Assembly: GCA_040437565.1 (NCBI GenBank)
Contig: JBDOQK010000040.1
Location: 248,001-312,000, forward strand
From: Albugo candida
Taxonomy: Eukaryota
Length of the DNA: 64,000 nt
Direction of reading: 5' to 3'
Shown: positions 53,117 to 64,000 of the stretch, piece after piece
How the letters are laid out: each line of letters starts with the position of its first letter
Position numbering within the stretch: position 1 is the first letter of the stretch
Made by a program: the position numbers and the translations under genes
Notes under the pieces: model-generated
Told to the model about the DNA's origin: nothing
Databases searched by the model: none
Seen by the model: the letters and a program-made list of their open reading frames with translations, nothing else

Positions 53117-53173
53117 CCTAAAGTAACTTTTACCTAAAGAGGTTACTTTCGCTGATTATGCTTCTTCAGTAGG
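53117..53173 (-). ncRNA. Type I hammerhead ribozyme
   Basis: Minus strand: CCUA-CUGAAGA-A-GC(AUAAUCA)GC-GAAA-GUAAC(CUCUUUAGGUAAAA)GUUAC-UU-UAGG. Conserved core, three stems and a CUU cleavage triplet. Confidence 0.8.
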
Positions 53174-55118
53174 TTCTTACGCTATTAGTGAAGTGAAGTC
53201 GTCCCACACGGATATTAGGATTTAGGGTTTCAGACTTGCTTCCTGTACAGTCAAGGATGGCTGGAGGGGACAGGTCGGGGTTCCTAAGCGTGGACGGACA
53301 AAGTAAATGTTGCAGTGTCGGAGGTTTGGTGTAGCAGACCGTGATCGGTGCTTCGACCGAAGCTTCGAGTTCTCGGACTTGTAATATCCTTCGAACCACT
53401 GCACGGGGTGGACCATTGGGGATATATCTGAGCTTGTAGACGATGGGGACCGGTGAAGTGACGGGCTGAAAGTCGTTGCTGAAAGAGCTTTTCGGAAAAC
53501 CGGAAGCAGGAGCTTAGGTAAGTACCCGCGGGCCTGTAACCGTTTATAGAAAAGATTGACAATCCGCCGGAAGTCAGCTGGGCGGCTGTTATGAGATTTG
53601 TATTTCTTCAGTAAGCCGTAAATGAGTCCTTTGAGGATACCGGGGGAGTGTGCGCTATTGGCTGGAATGTATAGATAGAGATTGAGAGCCTTCTGGTGTG
53701 TCTTAGTGATAAGACGAGAACCTTCTTTCAGCATCCATAAGTCCAGGTGCGCAATCTGGGTCATGTGAACAACGTGAGTGACCCGGAGGCGGGATAGCTT
53801 AGTGAACATAGCTAAGAACCGCTTATAATCATAAGAATCCGGTCCTGGGTCCCAAACCAGGAACAGGTCGTCAATGAAGCGCCGGTAGTACAGTAGTCGT
53901 TGTTTGAATTGACTCTATAGAATATCCTCAAAGTAAGGTACTTACATTGAGGCGAAAGCTGTCGCGACAGGAGTTCCCATGGCAGTTCCCCTTTGTTAAG
54001 GCCAGACGATAGCACAAAGGTGAAGTAGTTGTTCTTCATGGGGAGCTCCAGACCGCTAAGGATAGCCGTGTACCATTTATGTCCAGAGATTCGGCGGCTG
54101 ATAAGACGAATTGCGTCGTCGATAGGAATGTGGGTGTAGAGTGACTCAACATCAGCCGTAATCAGTAGAGTGGACGGAGACACGGTAATAGCCGATTGCT
54201 CCTCAAGAATTAATGTGGGCTTCTGAGGTACGAGGGTATGCTGCGAAAGAAGGGTTGGAGTTGAAAGTCCAGCCACTTCGATAATCCTTGGAGCACACTG
54301 GCGGAGTTGGAGACAATAGGTCGAATGCAAAGAACAGGATTTTTTTTTTTTTTATGGATCTTTGCGAGTGGATAGAACACGTTGAGTCGCGTATTTTCAA
54401 GATCGGACATAACGATGGCTGTTGTTGACCAGTCAGAGTCGTATGAAAACTGTTTTGCTTGGTAATGGTACCAATTACGGACACGGGTTCGTAAAAGGCG
54501 AAGCAAAGCGTCGACCGGAGCAGTACTACGTGTGTAAGCCGTCGGATCTTGGAGATGATCTAGGCAAAGACGGGTAAAATGCTCAGTTGTGAAAAGGGCC
54601 GGACCGAGATTTTTGTCGGCAAGGACGACTTTTAAGTCCGGACGTTGGCGCAGTTGATGGAACGTAGCTTGTTGTATATAATTCAAGTTTCGGCGCCGGG
54701 TCGGGGTCCAGCGAAAGTTGTAAAGGTTTCGCTCAACCGTTTGGAGTGTCATTTTGATAGCCGGAGTAGCAGGCTGGGGTTGAAACGACCGATTAGGAAC
54801 ATATATTTTGCGAATAAAGTTCCGATTGTAATCCCCAAATTGCACACGAAGTCGGATGGATCGCATGAAGTCGGGGAGGGCAGAAAGAAGATCAGAATGG
54901 ACCAGTGGCTTAGGAGTAGGACAGAATTTCAAGTTAAGTCCTAACAGACGATTCAAAGCCGGAGGAACAGGGATTGTATTAGGGACAAAGTTATGGTAGG
55001 CTAAGTTTCTAGCAAAGCTGTTATCCATAGTAGTAGAACGGCTCGCTAAAAGAGCTAGTGCGTTCGCTTTGTCCGACCTGTGGAGTTGGATCGAGTCTTG
55101 TTTGGAGCGGGATCCCAC
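53166..55118 (-). pseudogene. Penelope-like reverse transcriptase (ORF2), frameshifted
   Basis: LGLNLKFCPTP, ADKNLG, FYPLAKIHK, IRPIVS, TADVESLYTHIP, GTAMGT (~53972-53990), RRFIDDLF (~53860-53885), YIPANSAH, LQARGY. Confidence 0.9.
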
Positions 55119-55129
55119 TGCTTTCTGGA

Positions 55130-55983
55130 CTCGGAAGACTTGTCGGGCTTTCTGGTGGGCAGCTTTTTAGACAAGTCGGGTTTGTTTCCTGCCGCTCTTG
55201 CGTTTCTTTTGGAGCGGCTTTGCCTGATTTAACCTGCTGGGACTTCGCAGATTTGGCGCCAGTCGGTGCCCTTTGTCAGCCGGCGCGTGCTTTTAACGAT
55301 TGTTGAAGCTGTGCAATATGTGCTTTCAAGGGCCCAATAGCTTTCTGTACGTTTTGTTGTACATGATGCTGAACAGACTCCGTGAGAGGACTCGTGGCTT
55401 CAAGCTCCATAGCAGCAGTTTTCTTAGATGCTTTGGCAGCGGCTATCTCCTCCCGGGCAACGTGCTCTAAATGAAGAGTATAGTCTAACCGGTTGAGTTC
55501 AGATGATAACCTGTCCCTAACTGTTAAGTAGTCATGAACAGCTAGGGAACGACTGCCAGACTCGGCGTTCAACCATATATCCCACGGAGGGAAGGATGCG
55601 CCAAGTCGTATATGAACCTTCTCATAGAAGGTCTTGATCTACAGTAGCGTTTTCTGCGGTAACGCGTTTCGCTCCGTAACGAGGGCTTCAAGCTCTAGGG
55701 CGGTAGCTTTTTGAATATCAGCCCGTAATTCCGTTTCATTATTTCCAAGTTGCTCTTGCAAGGAAGCTTAGAGGGTCTCAGCTACAGTAGACTCAAGTAG
55801 CTTGGAGTCTTAGAAAGTGGCCTTTAACTTAACACAGCGAGGTGTGTCACTGTTAAGTTTGGCAAGTGCCTTTTCCTTGGCAGTGATCTTTTGTGCTAAA
55901 AGACGGTACTGCTTCAGGGTGGAGTCAATGAGGTCCACTATATGGCGCGGCGGACTAGTACATACTGATTTGTATGGGACCAT
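55130..55983 (-). pseudogene. PLE ORF1: coiled-coil protein with basic tail, containing internal stops
   Basis: ATG at 55983; LLAQKITAKEKALAKL, ELEALVTERNAL, KAHIAQLQQSLKA, then a K/Q/S-rich segment directly upstream of the RT. Confidence 0.6.
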
Positions 55984-56547
55984 CCTTAAGTTTTTTTAAT
56001 CTTGGGTTTGACACAAGATAGGCAGGATTGGTAAGGGAAGAGTACCGTGAGTTCTATCAAGCCAGCCGAAGCGTGATGCCGCCAAGAATCGGTAGTACAC
56101 TAGCCTTTGTCGAAGTGCCGTCGGGGTAGGGCTGGGTTCCGCAGTTGTATGAGGTTGCCGTATACCGTTCGAACAGATTCCGATGGTTCCTTGCCGGTAC
56201 TCCCCAACGTTAAAGGTTTGCAAAAGCAAAACAGGGTCTATCCAGTAGGCACCGTGAGCTTAAAGCTCCTAGCGAACGTAGCTAGGGTGGGCGGAGTAGC
56301 CGTTCCCTCTACAAGAACCGCAGTTTTTCTGGGTTCGGAACTAACCTGGCAACTTCTTGTTCGACGATGGAGACGCTCTAGGCTCCAATCGTCCAGGTCG
56401 CGTGCCCATGCGATCATGTGTACCTGCCGGGTAAAGGGTGAACTTTGAAAGGAACACCCCTCCCCCCGCGTGTAAGAACGTTGAAACGCCGCTCCGGAAG
56501 TACGGTGGTTTCAAACCCTCACGAGTTTAGCATTAAAGAGTTGAAAG

Positions 56548-59500
56548 TGCTGAGGGTAAATTGGAAAGTGTATATATATGAAGATAGGTCCTTAGTTCAC
56601 TATCAACTAATCTGAGTCTATACCACAGTCTTCTCTATCGTGAACTCTACTCCGTTTGTAACGACATTGCCAACGCTGACTTTCCGCTTAAGTAATCGTT
56701 GGATGTACTCCGAACATTCTCAGTAGAAAGTCCGTGTGTGAGTAACACGATTCCCGAATATTTTCTTCAACACTCCCCCTCGACGCAATATTCCTGGTGT
56801 TCACCGGATGAACCAAATCTTGGAATTGCTTCGTCGAAATGGGCTTCAGCAAGAAATCAGCAACGTGTTTTTGCGATTGAACGTACTCAATCTTAATTTT
56901 ACCATCCTTCAGATGATCACGAATAAAATGATATCGAACATCAATATGTTTTGCCCGACTTTGATATCCGTTATTCATCGCTATAGCAATCGCACTTTAA
57001 TTGTCATTAAAAAATAGTTACGTATCGACCAGTGTTTGCCTTCAACTCGGATAGTAAATGATTGACCCATATAACTTCCGGCATGCAGAGTGAAAGGGCG
57101 CTCTGCTTCGGCCGTACTAAGTGCCACACTTTGTTGGATTTTTGACTTGAAAATCACTGTAGCATCGTTTGCCATGACCATGATTCCAGTTACATATCTT
57201 CAGTCTACCTTTCTATTCGCCCAATCTGCGTCACTGTACGCACATACCTTCAAAAACTTCCTGCCGCCTCTGTAAGTGATCCTATTCTCACTTGTTCAAG
57301 TACCGCAGGACTCTTATCGCTGCTTTCCAGTGCTCTTCATTAGGCTGGTCGTTGACATCTCTAGGTGGGTAAATGCATACGTCTTCCTCTAGATGTCCAT
57401 TTAAGAAAGCGGTGTCGACATCACATTGATGAATATGGAAACCTTGGTGAAAGCAAGTCGATGAGTAAACTCTGATAGAGTTCATATTTGCAACTGGTGC
57501 ATATGTATCTATATAATCAACTCCATATTTTTGTCGAAATACCAAACAACGAGTCTAGCTTTGTGCTTTTGTATTTCACCAGTTTGGTTTCGCTTCTAGT
57601 TGAATACCCATTTCTTTCCGATAACCTTCATATTCGGTTTCGGCTTTGTCAGAGTCTACGTGTTCTTTTCTTCGAGCCCTTGGAGTTCTTGACTGAGGGC
57701 GATTATCCATTATTCTGAATGTGCACATCGCATTGCATCTTTGTACGCTGTTGGTGTGTCTAACGCAGCACTGGCGTGCTCATGTTCGATTCGAAGTTGT
57801 TTTTGTGGTCGATTTTCTTCCAAGCTGAAAACAATAGCATCTGATAATTCGTACGGAACGATTGAGTCGGATTGTTTGCCGTGAAGTAGGTTGTTGGGCC
57901 CAGATGATGTAGATATTGGAGAGTGATTACAGCCATCTAATCTCTCCCTGAGCACAAGCTCCGTATTAGCAGTGTATCAATATTGACGTCATTTTCACTT
58001 GGATCAGCTTCTTGGTTACCATAATCTTCATCAACCTCCATAGCTCCATCATTTTCATTGGTCTCAATGGGCAGTTTTGCTTCACCAACAATTTCGTTTG
58101 CCCCGAACTCCAATCTTTCTGTAGACTGATCTTGGCATAAAACTTGAACATACTTCGATGGTTGAATTTCTTGAAAAGTAGCTGAACGCGTTATATCCAA
58201 ACAATAAGATTCCAAATTACATACACGATAGATATCCTTTTGTATTTTCGAAGTAGCCCAAAACATGCATTTGTAGACCTTGTCAAATTTGAATCTTTTC
58301 GACTTGTCGATATGTGCGTGCATAACCACGAGCTCCAAAAACTTTCAAATCTGAAATATGTGGTTGATATCCATAACATACTTCAAATGGAGTTTTATCT
58401 TGGTTTGCTGCACATGTTACTCTGTTATTATGTACATAGCAGTATTCATAGCTTCTGCCCACCATTCTCCTTCCACTTGCATGTGCGACAACATGCATCT
58501 TGCTCTTTCGGTGATTCTTCGATTCAATCTCTTTGCAAGACCATTCTGCTGCGGTGAATATGGAACTGTTGTCTGGTTTACTATTCCAGCCTTTTTGCAT
58601 ATCGCTGAAAAATTTTGATTGATATATTCTCCACCATTATCTGTACGCAAGCACTTGTTCCTTGTTCCATGTTGCATTTCGACTGGAGCCTTGAATTCAA
58701 AAAACTTACTTAGCACTTCCAACTTGGTTTGTATGAAGTAATAATGAACCAGTCTTGAATAATTGTCGATGAAGGTGACCATATACTTTGCACCGCCTTG
58801 AGAGTTTTCGTGTATCGGTTCAACAACATCGCTGTGAACCAGTTCTAGAAGCGAATTTTTTTTCATCATCCCGTATCCAGATGATTGAAATGGTTGAACG
58901 GACGACTTCCCATTCATGCATCCTTCATAAATTTCTTGTTCTGCACAGTCTGATGCTGATGTTGTTTTCACACAAAACCTTTCAACAAAGTTCTTCATAT
59001 TCTTCAATTTATTGTTTGATAAATGCCCCACTCTTGCGTGCCAAATTGATTTATTCACCAGCTTGTATTCCTCTTTTGCTACTTATTCACCGAGATTTGC
59101 AACTTTAAGTGCATCACATTCAAGTACAAACAGTTTTTTTTCTTTTCGTTGTATTCGTACTATACTTTCACCACCACTTTTGAATACACAAGTCAAGTTG
59201 CCAAATGTTACTAAAAGGCCTTTTTCTGCTAGAGCAGAGACGGATAGAAGCTTTTGATCGAGATCGGGAACGTACAAGACATTGTCAATTCTGATATATT
59301 TGTTGTTCTTCAGTTACGCGTAAGTGGTGCCGACTCCTACCGCATCCCCATTGCTCCCATCAGCAATTGAAATCGCAACTCTTTTTTTCAAAAATTGCTT
59401 CCACCAATGTTCTTGTTTGTGTCCATATTTGTTACATCGAAAACATTTCCCCTAAAACTTTGCTGCTTGTTCGGCATTCTTGTTTCTTCGACCTCTCCTT

Positions 59501-60329
59501 GGTCGATTGTTGTGGATCTTCGGTGCCACTTCATCGGATTCCTTCAGATTGATCCTCTCATATTCACGAAGAATCATTTTCTATGCCTGAAACAAATCCA
59601 TTCCAGGTATATTCTCCATAATCTTCACAACCTGATCACTTCCGAGTAGGATCCCAAGCTGTTCTTCCAAGTTGACGACAGCTCCATTTGCTTGCATTGA
59701 CATACATAGTTCATCAAATCTAAGGAAATGAGCCATCACATTCCCGCATTTCTTCATTTTGAATTCATGTAGTTCCCGTTGCTTTTGAATTTTGTTGTGG
59801 AATGAGCGCCTTAGGAAGAAGTTCTTTAAAATTCCCCAAGCTTGAGCAGTTTTACATGCTGACCTACCCATAGACTGAAAATTGAGATTGATCATGGTTG
59901 AGATTATCGCGAATGCCTTCATATCGTTGACCTTCCAATTTGAAGCAGGAATGTTAACCTCGTTGGGTATTTTACTTCGTCGATGTGATCGAGCAATCCC
60001 TTACGCATCAGCTGCATTCGAGCATTGAACTACCAGCTGAAATAATTTTCTTCTTTCAACATATACATTGTCGTGAAAGTCGTAGCTAAAGAAACAATAA
60101 GGTTGTGTCTGTAAACCTGTTGAGGCTAAATTGAAAAGTGTATAGTTATGAAGATAGATTTTAGTTCACTATTAGCTGATCTAAGTCTATATCACACTTT
60201 TCTCTATCGTAAAATCTATTCCCTTTGTAACGACATTGCCAATACTGACTTTCCGCGTAAGCATTCGTTGGATGTACTCCTAACATTCTCAGTAGAAAGT
60301 TGGTGGATTCCCGAATGTTTTCTTCACCA
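56548..60329 (-). mobile_element. Ty1/copia LTR retrotransposon, defective
   Basis: LTRs 56548-56772 and 60118-60329 (TG...CA); PPT AGGGGGAG; gag, WHARVGH, LRTDNGGEY, PQQNG, DVDTAFLNG, VALSTAEAE, KHIDVRYHFIR; internal RT deletion near 57340. Confidence 0.92.
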
Positions 60330-60799
60330 GATATTTCATGCAGACCCTTCAGGATCACGCAAGTGTCTTTTCCGTTCAGTACGCTTTAGTATGAATTCTA
60401 TATTTGTCATGGATTTTGGGTAGGGTTGAGCGCATGTTCGGCAGCTTATGTTCAAATGTCTCTAGCTGCTATAGAGTTCATCCCAGCGCAGCTTTACAAA
60501 TTCTTCACTCTGCATTTGATTCATTTGCTATCAATGTCAGTGACTCTGATGAAGTGTCGGCTAGCGGATGTTACCAGACACCAGACAATTCTACTTGTGA
60601 GCCACAAGTAAGCTACGAAAAAGAACACCATGCTCGTACACGTTTGTTATCGAAAAAAATTGAAAGGACCAGAAGCATTATCCATAGATTCTTGAGAGCC
60701 ACACTAACCTCATGCTTCATGCGTTAGGAGCGCCGGTTGTAAATCTCGAAATCTCTCTAATATGAATCGAACACTCTTTAATCGGTACCTTAATTTGCT

Positions 60800-61930
60800 T
60801 GCAATGAATTCGTTTACGTCTTTAAACTAATACAGGAATGATTTAGATTACCCCCCCCCCGCACTTGCGCTTTGCCTTTTTGTAGAGCGAGTATAGTGAA
60901 GGTGAAGCGCTGTTGCAAGCGCTGTTTCGCTGAAAATAGCACTTGCTTTCTGCATGTCGCATTCATTTGATCCCATAGTAGCCATGAGTAAACTGTCTCA
61001 GTTTCGGGGGGACCTTTCGCATAGCGTTCGTGCACTGTACCAACTGAGAAAATGCACACATTCTTCCTTCCAACCATCTGCTTCATCAAACTATGAACGT
61101 TTTGTGTGCTGTAAGGCAATGATTTCGTGCAGTCTAACATGGCAACACGTCAAAGCATTCAAAATGCGACTTTCACACATGTCGTAAATTCTCCTTCTCA
61201 TAGAGCGACATCTTTTCCTTTCCCTCTCAACAAACAGTTGTTGGCCTATCGTCGGTCGGTACCAAAGCCAATAGTTGGTCCAGCTCGACAAATCCCTTAT
61301 ATCCACATTGCGACCACATAATCAAACTGTCCTGATTGTCAATCTGTCACACGATTAATTGGACCACCAGCGACTAATGATATACAGATGCGGCAAGCTT
61401 TTCTGCGGATGATGAAGTGCACATATTTTCATGCGACGTTTTAAATAAAGGTATTGCCGCGTTTTGAGAAAAAATTAACTATTATGGTGGTCATAATCAC
61501 TCCAAGACTTCAGTAGGCTGCTCAAATCCATAGCGGGGTTTGGCGTAATGATTTTAAACGTAAGCGCTGTAGCCACAGGTGTCAGACCTGGCAATTTCAC
61601 CTGACCACGTATTTTTCGTGTGAATTGGCTATCAAACTTTTGAACCATCACTTCGACGGAATATGTAGCACGTGTATCCGTCGTAGCAAGCTCCCATCTC
61701 AGCTCCTCATTATTTCCACACGGGAATATGTTTCACGGGAGATCTATTTTCAACGTAGTATAATTCTTGTGATTTGTCTCGGAAAACTTAAACAGTGGCG
61801 CAACCGTGATATCAGTGATTCACTTTAGTTGGATCTGCATGGCTTCCCCGTCTGGATCGAGAAATAAATCTCGCACTGCTATATATTATGAAGCTGCGCT
61901 AACGTCGCTTTCCAGTGATGACCCGGCTCT
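60800..61930 (-). mobile_element. Probable Ty3/gypsy RT relic
   Basis: Degenerate pieces (VVA.DI, RILNALT, PPET) in gypsy RT order; heavily broken. Confidence 0.35.
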
Positions 61931-64000
61931 CTNNNNNNNNNNNNNNNNNNNNNNNNNNNNNNNNNNNNNNNNNNNNNNNNNNNNNNNNNNNNNNNNNNNN
62001 NNNNNNNNNNNNNNNNNNNNNNNNNNNNNNNNGTGTCTGGTCTATGGTTTGGTTTCGTATAATTTAATCTATGTGCCAGCGTTGACCCATTGGTTCGAAT
62101 TAAAACGAGTGTTATGTGGCTAAATAGTTGAAGAGAGTGCGTATCACAGTCACAAGGTATCGAGGTCAAGGAAATGAGATGTCGTGGGGTGTAAACTATA
62201 CATGATATGCGGATTCCGTTTCTTGCTTTTCTTCAGCAGAGTAGAAATCTCTTTCAAAATGTTCTATTGCTGCTTCATGCTGCAAATAACTTCTTGTTGA
62301 AAAGCGGATGTTCATCTTGATCAACGCTGTGAGTTGCATTATAGGTACGCTTTGTAGACTATTGTGTTATGATCGCTAAGTAGTTGGGCAGGAGGTAATC
62401 TACTTTTCAGATTTGGGCTGAGAGTGCCACATACCATTTGTTATGAATTCTGAAGGACGGGTGTTGCGCAGACCAATAATAAATGCGAGAACTAGGTCCG
62501 TATTTATTGCATGATCACCACGCTTTGGTATATTATGTGTCCCAACGACGACTTTTGTTTGCGGAAATGGATTTGGATAGGTATGATTATACAGTCGCGG
62601 CGCAGTGAAAAACTCCAAACGATTTGCTCCATTTATATGAGCCCTGATCAATTGGATGGATTATTCCTTCACGGAAAGAGTAATCACGTGAAGCGTCTCC
62701 TAACCGTCAAAAAAGGTTCGATTGAAGTATCTGTAAGTGCTTGCAAACAATCTAGACTTTCTGGAGGAAACTAAGTTATGCATGAGGATCTTCGGAGTGT
62801 AGATGTCTCATGAGGGATCAACTTGACCAAGCTAATATTAATCGCGCTAAAGGAGAAAACGACATGGATGATATGTGTCTCCGTTTTTTGCATAAAGTAA
62901 CATCGTGGCCAACTGGTGTAAACTGTGAATCGAACTCCACTTAATGTAGTGCATGATCAATGGTGAAGCGTTCGGATAGCAATCATTCCAATTGTGATTG
63001 TAGTTTTTGGCGTGAACCCAGCAGATATGTCATCTACTTTTATTCTCTGAAGCCTATCTCATTTGAATCTTGTCTGGACTTTGTTGCCATTTGTTGAATT
63101 ACATTATGCTGGTCCTTTTCCTCGCATAATTCGAGCTTCATTCATAAAAAAATCATATTCGAGTAAAAGTCAGAAAATGAGTAAAAGATTAATCTTACTT
63201 TTCCACGTGCAGTCGTATCGTACACTCTTCTGGTAACTGCAGTGTGTCAGTTTGCTCAATTCACTCCGCTTCACTTGCTACACATATCACGAATTTTCGT
63301 TTGATACGACTCCAATCTCACCACTATCAACGTACTGTACCGAGAATAAGAAAATGTCTTTGATATTCTTCATCAGCAATCGCTCCACAGCGCTACTGGT
63401 CTTTCATGGTGTAAACTGATGGACTTGTGTGATATGACATGGATAGTGGTTGAGACTACAATCCAAACGATCATAAGAAATCCGCACCATCAAGTGTAGT
63501 AGTTCGTCTTCATAAGCGCATGTCGTCCAAAATTCATCCATCATTAGCAATCGATGCTGTAACAAATCATTGGTGACGTAGTTGGCAACTACAATTTCAC
63601 GCTCCAAGAAAGATAAAAAGCAAAAACGAACGACCATGCCACTGATAGACTGACATTCTCAATATTGCAGGCAGGATCAACGCTGCGACAGTGAATTCAA
63701 AAGGCTGCAAGCAGTCGGGTCGAAATGATCAGTCCGTTGTTTATTTGAGGAATTGACTGACGTGATCTTAATGCATCAAGAAAAGAATATTTCTAATTTT
63801 TTGACCAACCAGCAATTGATATTCCACAGATTCCTAATGAAGCTTGGTAAGTGACGATGGAACGGGTACAGCACCGCCGTGTGTGGCCATCAACACCTTA
63901 ACGTGATGGTTCCAAATAGTATGTGTGTAAAAGCGCCAAAGACCGGACCGCAATGTCTGTAACGTTGGAACAAGCGCGACACATATGTAAACGAAATACG

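Larger units (their letters stand above)
53094..56531 (-). mobile_element. Penelope-like retroelement, apparently endonuclease-deficient (Athena/Coprina-type organisation)
   Basis: PLE RT motifs, upstream coiled-coil ORF, no GIY-YIG seen, 3' hammerhead, and a flanking direct repeat ATT(T/A)AAGAGTTGAAAG at 53078-53093 and 56532-56547. Confidence 0.85.

Noticed and set aside
62400-63640. Short minus-strand ORFs near the window end
   Set aside because: No recognisable motif or paralog; cannot be supported as genes.

Overview
Eukaryotic, AT-rich, gene-sparse scaffold with about ten 100-N gaps. It looks like oomycete DNA, possibly Albugo-like; this is inferred from Inr/FPR-type promoter motifs, a TTTAGGG telomere-like motif and the element types. 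Most of the window is decayed transposons. These include a hAT element with TIRs and an 8-bp TSD, two Ty1/copia proviruses plus a fragment, three LINE relics, and a Tc1 element carrying nested SINE and LINE insertions. There is also a two-copy MITE and a probable gypsy relic. The most notable element is a near full-length, apparently endonuclease-less Penelope-like retroelement (53094-56531, minus strand). It has a coiled-coil ORF1, an RT ORF2, a telomere-complementary motif, a 3' type I hammerhead ribozyme and a candidate TSD. Host-like sequence includes one intact putative secreted protein (49128-49886) and four paralogous, mostly disrupted genes resembling catalytically dead pepsin-fold proteins. 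It also includes a family of long decayed genes, one of which contains a perfect 125-bp tandem array. All assignments are from visual motif reading; no searches were run.
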